Positions 46,701 through 56,705 are shown, numbered from the stretch's first letter. The stretch is DNA of 64,000 nt from Ignavibacteriota bacterium (GCA_963787835.1 CAWBEI010000002.1:1376001-1440000); one strand, 5' to 3'. Notes: generated by a model from the letters alone, not told the origin. A program made the numbers and translations.

Positions 46701-48256
46701 TGATGATTTATGATTCCAACGCTGGCAATCTGGGTACGGCTATTGCTGCGTTTCATGACCAGGCGGTATTTGTGGTGCAGCCGCCGGATGCACTTGCGCC
46801 GCTCATGGCCGATTCCATCGCAGTCACGTTTAATCCTATGGCAGGAACCGGGCTTGTCTATGATACGCTGCGATTATTGTGGGATGGTCATGCCGACACG
46901 GTCATCCTCCGTGGCTATGGAACGCAAAAGGGGTTACAGTTGAGCGCTGTAGGACTTGATTTCGGGAACGTGCATGTGGGAACCGATTCCACGCTTCCAC
47001 TCTATTTGTTTGCAACAAATGATTTCCCCACGATCGATAGTATTAGTGTGATCTATGCTACTCCTGTTCCAAACGATACATTTGCAGACATGGCAAGCAG
47101 GCTTCTTCCCTATGCCATCCAAAATGACCGGGATACGCTAACGGTGGAGGTAACGTATCATGCACGACATCTACAGCTCGATACGGATTATCTCGTGATC
47201 CATTTTGGTGCAAATTTCGCAGTTGTATCTTTAACGGCAACCGGCGTGGAGGCGCTTCCGTCGAGCAATCCCGACACCCTTGAATTTTTAGGTATCATAC
47301 TTGACTCTACGGAATTTCAACAGGTTCGCATCAAGAATTCAGGTGGTTATCCGCTCTATATTAATAGCATTTCGGTTTCCGATCCTGCCTTCGTCGCAAG
47401 CCCAATTTTACCGACCGAACCCATTGCGCCCGGCGAGACACGCTATGATACCGTGACCTTCACTCCGATCCGTACACGACAGGTTATCGCTAACCTTGGT
47501 TTTCATACGTCCTATCACGATAGTGTATTAAATGTTCTGCTTATCGGTTCGGGAACATATTCTCCGAAGACAGGCCCAAGTTTTTCCTATAGCATTCCCG
47601 ATCGTGTCGAGGAACCGGGACAGAATGATTCCATTCCCGTTACCATGAACGGTATTCGGCTTTCCATGATAACCGATGACAGCCTCGTGCTCGATATTCG
47701 ATTCGATCCTTTGATGGTCATGATGTATGGAGCGGATGCCGGTACCAACGCCCAGCCCGTTTCACGATTTACGCATATTGATGATAGCACCGTCGAAGCA
47801 AGCCTTCCGATGACCACCTATAACGGTGGAACTGTGATGCGGATCTATACACAGGCTTTGCTTGGGCCGCATCCGATCTCGTATATCCATGTCGTCAATT
47901 CGGCTCCTGCTGCGGATCAACCAGAGTCTTCAACCGATGGAAGGTTCACCGTCGAGGATTGCGGCGGCCTTATCAATGGCGTCGAGTATGCCGGACCCTA
48001 TTCCACGAACGCGATCGTTCCCAATCCTGCCGGAGATAATATCTCACTCACATTCGAGATAGGATGGGAAGCTCCGGTCATGCTCGATATCTATAATGCG
48101 ATCGGGCAGACTGTGAGGCATATCGACATGGGAACTCTGAATACGGGACAGCACACCCGCGCTCTGGATATTTCAGACCTGCCACAAGGCCGGTACGTCT
48201 ATCGCCTTAAAAGCCTCGATTATCACGCCGAAGGCGCGCTGGTGGTTTTGCGGTAA
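43721..48256 (+). CDS. large T9SS surface protein: LamG + multiple Ig-like (ASH/choice-of-anchor D) repeats + sorting domain
   Basis: FTIECW/WHHFA/GSIDELRIW LamG motifs; repeated LNFG..TLTN..F.P; PNPA...LPQGRY. Confidence 0.85.
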   Translation: MARIIRYGPFVRAIILIAVGACCAPALRAQDCSRNMLTINGPNSYVATPGVAALNLTKGFTIECWANVSSVTAGAALVDKASYGIFLENDSTIYGMVRHSTPLVDSAPTIDSPADWHHFAFTFTPGDSIRFYIDTMEVSSAPAPMPLLDSNTDSLRIGMSISGSSFIGSIDELRIWNTPRTNAAIVQTLTHTIPGTDSGLVLYYSFDDPAGTTRIHDFSGHGHDGFIRGTNAEIVPSSSPMLNASPGYQLATVEKSISIATLRCFPSFDTVLHIRNLGPVPIYVDTVGFHLGIAFSVVPNVPFWLPADSSVTEPLQLHFEPNAGGVFDDSLYVASSSICGGRLVIGLHAVYDSVGLLCSPDTLNFGSFTQCQLPTTRKITLTNTSVTDSVTILELLPPGDTGLHVFATFPILLGPAQDTSLTVELSNGNRGQLTAAVGFQLDKCSRQAIVSIAAIRSLAALSMPDSINFGSFPSTVQGFSRDTTIIVTNIGDVPNAISAIGVAPDSLLDILDNRIGVFKLPGDTLQVRVRMHDTACGLVVAGLKIKSYECRVDTATTLFLTLTPPPVLTAAAVNMGVSCARRDTTIVVSNPGDYAAHLDTIVFSQNFIFKNEAPFPMTIPAHDSIPVQVRFDPVADTTFSDTAYLAMSPCGTGIAILKGQLGFHGLAFNEPQLLFGRGCKTDSITEQDTLTNLTSETVIFGANTYAGSPRFSVVPLSFPVVLPPGGSKAIAVTYAPTLGALDTGTFSFLSLDGCTAASFHLRGSREIGQAIWVNDSGEFDTLCPGASVSRTFILKDVGFDSIDVMSVSTSGAGFTVMPHPATFANNGSFTVGFSPTHYGDHFGILTIVVDSCGTSFSLPLHGIGGPEPSIALSDTAITFDSLRVGDSASYCISIANPSCQPISVHIDLTGPAGTPYKISQLPNTNPLVNGDTAHLCVQFTPVKHGIFTAFIYIAGDSISTRKIALTGVGLAPDVQFSPSVRDFGYVLTNSSKTMMIYDSNAGNLGTAIAAFHDQAVFVVQPPDALAPLMADSIAVTFNPMAGTGLVYDTLRLLWDGHADTVILRGYGTQKGLQLSAVGLDFGNVHVGTDSTLPLYLFATNDFPTIDSISVIYATPVPNDTFADMASRLLPYAIQNDRDTLTVEVTYHARHLQLDTDYLVIHFGANFAVVSLTATGVEALPSSNPDTLEFLGIILDSTEFQQVRIKNSGGYPLYINSISVSDPAFVASPILPTEPIAPGETRYDTVTFTPIRTRQVIANLGFHTSYHDSVLNVLLIGSGTYSPKTGPSFSYSIPDRVEEPGQNDSIPVTMNGIRLSMITDDSLVLDIRFDPLMVMMYGADAGTNAQPVSRFTHIDDSTVEASLPMTTYNGGTVMRIYTQALLGPHPISYIHVVNSAPAADQPESSTDGRFTVEDCGGLINGVEYAGPYSTNAIVPNPAGDNISLTFEIGWEAPVMLDIYNAIGQTVRHIDMGTLNTGQHTRALDISDLPQGRYVYRLKSLDYHAEGALVVLR

Positions 48257-48280
48257 GTATAGTGAGGGTCTCATAACATT

Positions 48281-49393
48281 TCAGATCTCAATACTTAGCA
48301 GTGTAGGTTTTTCCTGTAATTCCGCCAGTGCCAATTGTCCGCAGGCTGCTTCAATGTCCTTCCCGGAACTGGTGCGCACGAGCGCGGTAACGCCGGCATC
48401 TTTTAGTAAAGAGATGAAGCGTCCGAATGCCGCTTGGCTGGCCGGACGTAGTTCTGCCGCAAATCCGGTTGGATGTGTGAAGTCTATCGGATGAAAGGGA
48501 ATGATGTTCACGCGGCTGGGAACGCGGCGCGCGATCTTCGCCAAACGTGCGGCATCGGCAGGGGAGTCATTTAGGCCATCGAAGAGAATATATTCGTATG
48601 TTACCGGACGGCCAGTGATCTTGTAATATTCCTCCATCGCGGAAAGCACCTCTTCCAATGGGTACCGTTTGTTGATGGGCATGAGGCGTGTACGGAGCGC
48701 ATTCGTTGTTGCATGAAGGCTGAGAGCGAGCTTTACATTGAGTCCTTCATTGGCGAAATTTCTGATGGCCTCCGGAATGCCGCTGGTGGAAACCGTTACG
48801 CGTCGGGAGACGAGCATCTCCGTTTTGGGATCTGTAATGATGCGAAGCGCTCGAACGAGATTCTCATAATTCAACATCGGTTCGCCCATCCCCATGAAGA
48901 CCAAATTGGTAATAGATTCGCTTGTAATTTTTTCGACCTCGAAAATCTGTAACAGAATTTCGGCTGTCGTCAGATTTCGCTTGAGTTTCAGTGAGGCCGT
49001 TGCGCAAAATTTGCAATCGAGCGGGCATCCGACTTGCGTAGAAACGCAAAGGGTCCGCCGGGGATCGCGCTCGCCACGCATTTCGCTTGGAATAAGCACC
49101 GTTTCGATCGACCGGCCATCTTCCAGACCGAACAGAAATTTTCTCGTTCCATCCGAACTTTCGGACACATGCTGTAAGATGAGCGAAGGAATGCTGAATC
49201 GCGCCTCAAGCTCGATTCGCAGGTTTTTCGGGAGATTGGTCATCTCCGAAAAGGCCCGGGCACGGCTTGCGTAGAGCCAATCATAGAGCTGATCTGCGCG
49301 AAATTGCTCAGAAACGCCGAGTTCTTCGCGCAGAAGCCCCCTTAGCTCCTCGCGTGAACGGCCAAAAAAGCCCGGTACAGATTCCTTGCGCAT
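48281..49393 (-). CDS. rlmN: dual-specificity RNA methyltransferase RlmN
   Basis: CPLDCKFC, MGMGEP, SLHA, AACGQL. Confidence 0.95.
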   Translation of the reverse strand: MRKESVPGFFGRSREELRGLLREELGVSEQFRADQLYDWLYASRARAFSEMTNLPKNLRIELEARFSIPSLILQHVSESSDGTRKFLFGLEDGRSIETVLIPSEMRGERDPRRTLCVSTQVGCPLDCKFCATASLKLKRNLTTAEILLQIFEVEKITSESITNLVFMGMGEPMLNYENLVRALRIITDPKTEMLVSRRVTVSTSGIPEAIRNFANEGLNVKLALSLHATTNALRTRLMPINKRYPLEEVLSAMEEYYKITGRPVTYEYILFDGLNDSPADAARLAKIARRVPSRVNIIPFHPIDFTHPTGFAAELRPASQAAFGRFISLLKDAGVTALVRTSSGKDIEAACGQLALAELQEKPTLLSIEI

Positions 49394-49594
49394 AAAGGCA
49401 CAACAGAGATTCCATCTGGCAATTCCCGGCAATGTACCAGGGTCAGGCCAATAGGGTGCAACAACTCAGATATTTTGTCATTCATGAATATTTGGCACTT
49501 TTTATGATTTCGAACTCATTTGGAGGTATATTGTGTATATTATAGACTGAAAATATGCCGGTCAACTTCCGGTTAGACGAGGGCAGGTGTCAGA

Positions 49595-50605
49595 ATGGCA
49601 ATGGCATTTGAAAAAGATCCACACACGATGAGCGATCATGGCATGGGCACTCATGCCGGCATGAGTGCTCATCCACAGACGCTGGATCGAGCGGAAGCTG
49701 CGGGGATTGATTCCGTTGCCGGAGGGCCGCTTGCCCCTCATCCAATTTCGGAACCGTCGGAAACCCGAACGGCTCGTGTTATCACCACGAGGCCACACGT
49801 TGCCCTCAGCGATCAGGAACTGCGCGCACGTGTGCAATGGGGTCACCGCGCAAGCCCGCACTTTCAACTTGATTACGACCGAACCGCCTTTAACGACGAC
49901 CGCGTCGCGACGCTGATCGAATCCCTCGAGATCGCCTACACGCTGATCTTTCATTTCACGCACGAATCGTTTGCAGACCGGTTCCATGTCTATGCCATCG
50001 ATCAACGGGCAACCGGTTTGCTTGGGCGCAGCGTGTGTCCACATTTCAATCTTGAGGAGCGCGCCTTCTATCTGGTCGAGAGCGGCGCGAGAAATATCCA
50101 CTCTGAATTAGGAGGGCTTCTGACCCATGCGATGCGCCTTTCGCGGTACGCACGGCATTATAATTCCACACCAGGCTGGGCAGTGCTGGAAGAAGGCTTC
50201 GGGATCTTTTTAAGCGAGCGTCTTTCGACGCAGCCGGATATTTTCCCATTCTATGGCGCCGAGCCGGACCTTATCGCGCATCACCTCTATCATAAGCATG
50301 TCTGGAAATTACCGGAGATATGGAACACTGCGCCCGGTATGCTTCGCACCGAGCAGCGTATTCTTGCGGGAGCGTTTATGCTCTATCTTGGCGATACCTT
50401 CAGTGACGACCGCGTGGTTACGTTCTCCAAGAGTAACGATGAGATCACCGATGAAACGTTTCGTACCTTTTTCGGCGGGTCGCTGACGAGTCTTGAAGCT
50501 GCGTGGGTGCAGCATCTTCCGCTTTCACTGGTGGCACTTACCGAAGAGGAGCGAAACGCCACGCTCCAGCATTGGGACCGCGCGATCGAATCGCACGGAC
50601 ATTGA
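49595..50605 (+). CDS. hypothetical protein with degenerate gluzincin (peptidase MA-like) signature
   Basis: LEEGFG-type third-ligand motif present, but IHSELGGLLTH replaces HExxH. Confidence 0.5.
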   Translation: MAMAFEKDPHTMSDHGMGTHAGMSAHPQTLDRAEAAGIDSVAGGPLAPHPISEPSETRTARVITTRPHVALSDQELRARVQWGHRASPHFQLDYDRTAFNDDRVATLIESLEIAYTLIFHFTHESFADRFHVYAIDQRATGLLGRSVCPHFNLEERAFYLVESGARNIHSELGGLLTHAMRLSRYARHYNSTPGWAVLEEGFGIFLSERLSTQPDIFPFYGAEPDLIAHHLYHKHVWKLPEIWNTAPGMLRTEQRILAGAFMLYLGDTFSDDRVVTFSKSNDEITDETFRTFFGGSLTSLEAAWVQHLPLSLVALTEEERNATLQHWDRAIESHGH

Positions 50606-50606
50606 T

Positions 50607-50966
50607 TTACAGAAGATCTTCGAATTCGTCATCGTCCTCCACGGATGGAACTGCGGTGATTTTTACTTCTGTTGCCAGCACTTTGGGAACGAGGAAATAA
50701 CCGTCAGCGGCCTTAGGTGCGTTACGCAGCGCATCCTCGACGGGAAGGCAATCCCGCTCTACATCGGCACGTAACCCAGGTGAGCCATGCTCGAACGCCT
50801 CGTTCAAATTTGCCAGTGGCTCGACGTTCGTTACATCCAGCTCCTTAAGCTGATCGATATATCCTAAAATAGAATTTAATTCGCCGGTAAGCGATTCCAG
50901 TTCGCTCGGAGCGAATTCCAGCTTTGCAAGATCGGCAACTTTTTGTACTTCTTCTTTGGTAACCAT
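50607..50966 (-). CDS. gatC: Asp/Glu-tRNA amidotransferase subunit C
   Basis: VADLAKL, IL.YIDQL.ELD..VEP, NAP...GYF.VPKV. Confidence 0.93.
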   Translation of the reverse strand: MVTKEEVQKVADLAKLEFAPSELESLTGELNSILGYIDQLKELDVTNVEPLANLNEAFEHGSPGLRADVERDCLPVEDALRNAPKAADGYFLVPKVLATEVKITAVPSVEDDDEFEDLL

Positions 50967-50967
50967 A

Positions 50968-51891
50968 TTAATCTTCGTGAAATGCTGGGCGATTAACTTC
51001 GATCGGGCGCATCACAATAATACCTGTTTGAACGCTCGTGTGGGTAAGGTATTCTGCCAGTGGATCTTCGCTGATAATAACGTTACCCTTCACACTCGAA
51101 GCATGCATGAAATGTATTCGCCCATCTGGCATTCGAATTGCGATCCCGGTGTGTGAGCAATCTAGGCCTGCAACATTGGTTGTGATCCCGAGAATATCGC
51201 CTGTTTTGATTCCTGATTCGATTGCCGCAACATCGGATTTTGGGATATAGTAGAAATTCTTTCGAGTATTGATCTCTTTTTCGATCTGAAGCATTCCGCG
51301 ATATTCTGAACCCTTTGGAGTCAATTGATCGTAGTAGTCAGGATGCGTGGTCATAAAATCGATCGTGCGATCGTCCAGCGTTGCACAGTGTTTGCCCACT
51401 TCACGGGTAACGTCATGCAGCACTCCTTTTTGCCCGTTGTTATAAAAATAATCGATGGTATAATGCAGCCGGGAGTGGAAGCCATTAATTTTTCCATCCC
51501 GGTAGCGCAGGAAGGTTAGCTCATCCCTGAAATGCTGTAAGGTAGGATCGGCGTATTCTTTTATGATACGCGCGAAGGCAAGCGTGTTCTCATAAAACGT
51601 TACGCAATCGAAACCCTGAAGATCGATCACTAACTGTTCATTCGTGGAGTCGGTATTTAAGGTTCCTCCCACATATGGAGTTCCAAGAAACAGCTTACCC
51701 ATTGCGGCAACCCGTTCGCCGATGGGGAGCCTATCCAGATGTTCCACCTTTGCTTGCTTGATCTTCGCAGCAAAAATGGAATCGTCAACGCTGGTTTGTG
51801 CGAGAAGCATAGTGGACGGGGCGGACGCAATGAACACTATGGACACGACCACGACGAGCACATTTTTTAGAATGCGCTGGCTATTTTCCAC
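50968..51891 (-). CDS. DUF1460 / AmiA-like NlpC/P60 peptidoglycan amidase
   Basis: FLGTPY, FDCVTF, RLHY, HTGIA, HASS; start uncertain. Confidence 0.85.
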   Translation of the reverse strand: MENSQRILKNVLVVVVSIVFIASAPSTMLLAQTSVDDSIFAAKIKQAKVEHLDRLPIGERVAAMGKLFLGTPYVGGTLNTDSTNEQLVIDLQGFDCVTFYENTLAFARIIKEYADPTLQHFRDELTFLRYRDGKINGFHSRLHYTIDYFYNNGQKGVLHDVTREVGKHCATLDDRTIDFMTTHPDYYDQLTPKGSEYRGMLQIEKEINTRKNFYYIPKSDVAAIESGIKTGDILGITTNVAGLDCSHTGIAIRMPDGRIHFMHASSVKGNVIISEDPLAEYLTHTSVQTGIIVMRPIEVNRPAFHED

Positions 51892-51928
51892 TATCCACTT
51901 TCCACTATCCACTGTTCGATATCCACTA

Positions 51929-52831
51929 CTATTCAATATTTTGTATCTGTTCGCGCATTTTCTCAAGCTCTTCCTTAATGGCGACCACATGATGCGCTAC
52001 TTCGGCGGAGTTCGTTTTCGATCCCATCGTATTGACCTCGCGGTTCATTTCCTGCATAATGAAATTGAGCTTTCGTCCTGCGGATTCCGCTCCGTCCATG
52101 GCTTCCAAGAAGAATTTTACATGGGAACGGAAGCGAACCAGCTCTTCCGTAATGTCTAGATGTTCCGCAATAAGCGCGATCTCGAGTTCCAGCCGTTGTT
52201 CGGCAAGGACTTGCATATCTTTCGTAAGCTCTAAAATTCTTTCCTTCAGTTTATTATACTCGTCCTGTGCAGCAAGTTTCGATAGCCGCTCGATGTCATT
52301 CGTGCGTGTTTCCATCGTCGCAAGGCGCGCACGGATGTCCCGTTCCAGTTCGCCGCCTTCGGAACGGCGCATGGCGTTTAGCTGCTCGATGGCTTCGTCG
52401 ATCGCAGTTTGCGTGAGTTCCCATTCGAGGTTCGCAGCGCCGGAGCCTGCTTCTTCCGCTGTGAAAATGTCGCCGAACGCCGTGAGGTCGCGAAGCTGAA
52501 TTTCTGCAGTAAGCCCTGTTGCCGTTCGAAGCTGATCGAGCAGTTTGAAGTAGGCTTTTGCCACGGGCTCATTGACGTGCAGAGGAATATCCTCCGACCC
52601 TTGCCGGTCGATGGAGATATTGAGCGATATTTTGCCACGTTCAAGGCGCTTGCGAAGCAGTTCACGGCATTCCAGCTCGCGTTCGGCTAGGGTGCGCGGC
52701 AGGCGGACGGCGATCTCGATAAAGCGGGAATTCACGCTGCGCGCTTCTACGCTCACCGTGATCGTTGCGCCGCTGCCTTCGATAGTTTTCGTTCGTTCGC
52801 TCCGGCCAAAGCCGGTCATGGAAATTAGCAT
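51929..52831 (-). CDS. yicC: YicC/YloC-family endoribonuclease
   Basis: SMTGFG, SVNSRF, RGK, DITEELVR, GRKLNF..QEMNREVNT.GSK, REQIQNIE. Confidence 0.95.
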   Translation of the reverse strand: MLISMTGFGRSERTKTIEGSGATITVSVEARSVNSRFIEIAVRLPRTLAERELECRELLRKRLERGKISLNISIDRQGSEDIPLHVNEPVAKAYFKLLDQLRTATGLTAEIQLRDLTAFGDIFTAEEAGSGAANLEWELTQTAIDEAIEQLNAMRRSEGGELERDIRARLATMETRTNDIERLSKLAAQDEYNKLKERILELTKDMQVLAEQRLELEIALIAEHLDITEELVRFRSHVKFFLEAMDGAESAGRKLNFIMQEMNREVNTMGSKTNSAEVAHHVVAIKEELEKMREQIQNIE

Positions 52832-52873
52832 GGTGCGTAAACCGTACATAACCCAACTTTAGTTGGGTGAATG

Positions 52874-53986
52874 TTAATGCCGGAGGCGAAGAAGCACATC
52901 CTCTGACCCTTCAACACGCTCAACGGCGTGAAGCGTGAGCTTGCGAGCGTTCTCGATCGAGAGCAGGCCCATCGGCCCGACCGAAGGCCGGGCGTCGCCG
53001 CCAAAGATCATCGGCCCATAAAAAATATCGAGTTCATCGAAAAGATCTTGTTGAAGGATGCTTGCCGCAAGAGTCTGGCCCGGCTCGATAAGCAGGCTGG
53101 AGATGCCCTTTTTGCCAAGCTGGTGAAGCATCTGCTGAAGATCGATCCTGTCGTTGCTTCCTTCGACGGGCAGAAGTTCAAATCCCATTGGCACGAAATC
53201 ATCGCCACGTTCTGCAAGCGCTTCGGGAGTCGTAACGATGATGGTATCCGATTTGCGCTTGTCGGTAAAAAGCTTCAGCGTATTCGGAAGCTCAAGCCGG
53301 GCGTCAAGCACAATTCTTCGAGGCTGCCGCCCCGATGTATAGCGCACCGTGAGTTCAGGATCATCAAGCATCGCCGTTCGCGCGCCGATAAGCACCGCAT
53401 CGTGCGAGGCGCGCAGTTGGTGAACGATCGTTCGAGAAGCCAGCGATGTGATCCATCGGGATTCACCGGACGCAAGCGCGCTCCTGCCATCGAGCGTGGA
53501 GGCGAGTTTCATCGTAACGTACGGCAGACCTGTTGTGATATGTTTAATGAAAAAGCGATTCAACTCCCGCGCCTCATCTTCGAGCAAGCCAACCTGCACT
53601 TCCATTCCTGCATCCTGTAACTCACGGATCCCCATGCCACTCACTTTCGGGTTGGGATCTTCCATTGCGATAATGCATCGCGCGATCCCTTTTTCTAGCA
53701 GCAGCTTTGTGCAGGGCGGAGTTTTACCGGTATGGGCATGAGGTTCAAGCGTGACGTAGGCTGTAGCGCCTCGCACGGAATGGCCGTTAGCTTCCGCATC
53801 CAGAATGGCATTCACCTCGGCGTGAGGGCCTCCGAACACCAGATGCGCGCCTTCACCGAGTATCGCGCCGCTATCATCGCAAATAACACAACCGACCAAC
53901 GGGTTGGGGCTGACATATCCCACCCCCGCGAGCGCACGTGAAAGCGCGCGCTGCATCATGTGCTCATCAAATTCCGTAAACGGCAT
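52874..53986 (-). CDS. ribD: riboflavin biosynthesis deaminase/reductase
   Basis: PNPLVG, HAE, TLEP...TPPC, SRWIT, DDPELTVR. Confidence 0.95.
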   Translation of the reverse strand: MPFTEFDEHMMQRALSRALAGVGYVSPNPLVGCVICDDSGAILGEGAHLVFGGPHAEVNAILDAEANGHSVRGATAYVTLEPHAHTGKTPPCTKLLLEKGIARCIIAMEDPNPKVSGMGIRELQDAGMEVQVGLLEDEARELNRFFIKHITTGLPYVTMKLASTLDGRSALASGESRWITSLASRTIVHQLRASHDAVLIGARTAMLDDPELTVRYTSGRQPRRIVLDARLELPNTLKLFTDKRKSDTIIVTTPEALAERGDDFVPMGFELLPVEGSNDRIDLQQMLHQLGKKGISSLLIEPGQTLAASILQQDLFDELDIFYGPMIFGGDARPSVGPMGLLSIENARKLTLHAVERVEGSEDVLLRLRH

Positions 53987-54026
53987 GATACTCTAACAAT
54001 CAATCCTCCGAATCCTTCCTATCCTC

Positions 54027-54118
54027 GTAGCCGTGTCCTTCAGGCCACGGTTGCGGAGCGGTCACACACACCGTGACCCTTCGGCAAGCTCAGGGCAGGC
54101 TCTGAAGGTCACGGCTAC
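54027..54118. repeat. GTAG-type REP doublet interrupted by the 24-bp micro-element (54079-54102)
   Basis: Removing 24 bp restores CGTGACCTGAAGGTCACGGCTAC exactly as at 10335-10357. Confidence 0.85.
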
Positions 54119-54123
54119 AAAAC

Positions 54124-54158
54124 AAAAGAGCCCTTCTCTTACGAGAAGGTTTTTTTTT
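54124..54158. terminator. intrinsic terminator-like hairpin downstream of T9SS gene
   Basis: CCTTCTC-TTAC-GAGAAGG with flanking A/T runs; duplicate of 56654-56685. Confidence 0.6.
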
Positions 54159-54175
54159 GAAAAACCAGGGATGGA

Positions 54176-56539
54176 TTATTTTAGAATGACCATCTGTCGC
54201 GTAAGCGTTACACCGCCTGCGGTCATTTGGTAATAATAGGTACCGCTTGCAAGGCCATCAGCCTTGAGGGTTACGCCGAAGGTACCGGCATCGAAATGCT
54301 GATTGAGCACGGTCTGAACAACCTGGCCATCCACATTAATGATGCTCAAGTTAACCATTCCGCCGACCGGAAGCGTGATCTCCACCTGGCTCGAAGCACC
54401 GAACGGATTCGGGTAATTCTGATCGAGGCTGTAACCGTTGGACTCTGCAACAATCGGCACACTTGCCGTCGTCGCATTACCGGTGAGCACTACATTTGCA
54501 GCCGGAAGCGAAGTTCCAATTGCGGTTGGGAATTGAACCGTTTGCGTCGCCGTGGCTGCAGAGGTTGGACTAAATGTGAACATCAGTTCTGCGCTGTCTC
54601 CAGCAGCGATCGTTGTGTCACCGCTGACGTAGGTGAATGGCGGTGTGACCACTGGCGTACCCGTTGCCCAATCACACGTTCCGGTGTTCTTGACCTTTGC
54701 GGCAAATGGCGCGGAGGTAGATCCAACAGTTGTGAGTTGGGAACTTCCGTTTCCAGCGATCTTGGGTGCGCCGCCAGAGGGATCAAGCCAAATGCCACCT
54801 GATATTATCCCATCGTCCCTGTTCATAGTCAAGAGCTGTGTCTCTTCAATACCGACTTTTGTAGGAATGAATCGAATGCCAAAAGAATATGTCCCGCCTG
54901 GCGGAACCGTGGGTGACGTGGTCGGAGTAACAAATTTAAAATCGGCAGAATCGCGCTGGGCGAGCGAGGCTGAATAAACATCAGACACGTTCCCAACATT
55001 GTTTACATAGACGATGCCAAGACTCGAATCACCTAGACATGTCACCGGTGAAAATCCTGTTTCGAGATCAATATAATAGCTGATTAACGTCCCATAGACG
55101 GAGAGCTTATGCAGAGCGACTCCTTCAACGCCGCTACCATAGTTCGCAGTCACGTCTAAGAATCCTGTGTACAGTCCCGTATCCCCAGGATCTGCGCAGA
55201 CAGTAATAATCCTACTTGAATCTGGTTCAAGAACGAACGGTACCGAAGGGTATTTAGGAATGCTAAATGCCGACGTGAGCCCGTTAGTACCTACAAGAAT
55301 GTATGTGATCGTAATAGGACCCTGACCTACATTCCGAATGGTGTCGGTCAGACAGGATTCAGTGCCTACAGGAACGGAGTCATACGATGTTGGCCCAGTG
55401 ACTTCCAGCGCACCCGTTACTGAATCGCCTATTCCCACAATATCGACCACGAATGAACTCGTATCTTTTGGCGGAGTGGTCTCGGTCAGCGGGATGTCTG
55501 TGAGGATACGTAAGGTGGCAACGCGGGTGCCGGCCTTGATGGGAGTAAAGCACACCTGGATATTCGCGGTGCCACCCGGCGGGATCAATGTGTCCCTGCT
55601 GGTAAGCGGCGTAAATGTAAAATCGCGGTCCGCATCCTCGAAATAATTCTTCGTGATCGCCACCGTATCCGAGCCGGGATTCCAAAGCTGGAACTGCAAA
55701 CAGGAGCTTGCCCCAAGTCCAATGGAATCGAAATTCAGCGTCAAAGGAAGCGGATAGGTTTTACCGCTATCGATCGACAAATGTGGAAGGATTCCCACAC
55801 CCTCCATGATGATGGTGTCGGAGGGTATATTCACGGCGTTGCTGGAGATCACAATTCGAGCGTCGGGAATGCCTTCGAAATCAGGAGTGAATCTCACGCC
55901 GATCGAATCCTTATCCCCCGCCGGAATGGTGCCAGCGGGCATACGCGTGATAAAGCACGCGCGCGAGCCATCCCGCCCGATAATACTGACCCCTGTGATC
56001 GCAAGCGGCCCAACGCCTGTCGAGTTGACGTACAAATATTGCACATTCGAAGTATCGGTAACCCTCACTTTGGTGCCGGCAAACATTGTGGATGCGCTAT
56101 AGGAAACGGAAGGAATCGCACTGATGCCGGTTAGACTTGTGGCCTGCGTTCCTGAATCCACACCGGTCGTCGTGACGGTCAGCGTACCAGTTTCCGTTCC
56201 ATAAGCAAAAGGAAGAAATTGAATGCCGATCAACTCGTAGTTCCCGGCCGGAATGCTGTCTCCCACTTGTGCGCCGCTAATTTGCGAATAATAGATGGAT
56301 CCGGTAAAGGCAATGTTAGTGATGCCAAGCTTCGTCCCGGCCGCGCCGACGTTCTTGATGGTGTCATAAAGCGTATCGGGTGAATTCGATGTGGCTGTCC
56401 CGAAATTTAGGAGCTTGGGGTTCGGCGCGAGTGAAAGCTCGGCAGATTGAGCGTGTGCGCTCGTTGAAACCAAGAGAGCAACACATAGCACCATCATCAG
56501 ATGGATACCTGTGACCAATGATCTATTCAGGGTTTTCAT
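54176..56539 (-). CDS. T9SS surface protein with Ig-like (choice-of-anchor D/ASH) repeats, paralog B
   Basis: Signal peptide, LNFG/F.P repeats, LDQNYPNPF...LASGTYYY. Confidence 0.85.
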   Translation of the reverse strand: MKTLNRSLVTGIHLMMVLCVALLVSTSAHAQSAELSLAPNPKLLNFGTATSNSPDTLYDTIKNVGAAGTKLGITNIAFTGSIYYSQISGAQVGDSIPAGNYELIGIQFLPFAYGTETGTLTVTTTGVDSGTQATSLTGISAIPSVSYSASTMFAGTKVRVTDTSNVQYLYVNSTGVGPLAITGVSIIGRDGSRACFITRMPAGTIPAGDKDSIGVRFTPDFEGIPDARIVISSNAVNIPSDTIIMEGVGILPHLSIDSGKTYPLPLTLNFDSIGLGASSCLQFQLWNPGSDTVAITKNYFEDADRDFTFTPLTSRDTLIPPGGTANIQVCFTPIKAGTRVATLRILTDIPLTETTPPKDTSSFVVDIVGIGDSVTGALEVTGPTSYDSVPVGTESCLTDTIRNVGQGPITITYILVGTNGLTSAFSIPKYPSVPFVLEPDSSRIITVCADPGDTGLYTGFLDVTANYGSGVEGVALHKLSVYGTLISYYIDLETGFSPVTCLGDSSLGIVYVNNVGNVSDVYSASLAQRDSADFKFVTPTTSPTVPPGGTYSFGIRFIPTKVGIEETQLLTMNRDDGIISGGIWLDPSGGAPKIAGNGSSQLTTVGSTSAPFAAKVKNTGTCDWATGTPVVTPPFTYVSGDTTIAAGDSAELMFTFSPTSAATATQTVQFPTAIGTSLPAANVVLTGNATTASVPIVAESNGYSLDQNYPNPFGASSQVEITLPVGGMVNLSIINVDGQVVQTVLNQHFDAGTFGVTLKADGLASGTYYYQMTAGGVTLTRQMVILK

Positions 56540-56653
56540 ATCAATCTCCTAAAAAATATTGAACATTTGAAAGGACGAAACACAGACGAACGTCGATATT
56601 ACAGGGAAATGGAACCCAAAAATAAGTGGTCAGGTTCGCTGAAAAATTTCAAT

Positions 56654-56685
56654 AAAAAAGCCCTTCTCTTTCGAGAAGGGCTTTT
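56654..56685 (-). terminator. intrinsic terminator
   Basis: AAAAGCCCTTCTC-TTTC-GAGAAGGGCTTTT, with U-run on the minus strand. Confidence 0.8.
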
Positions 56686-56705
56686 CTTGAAAAACCAGGA
56701 ATGGG

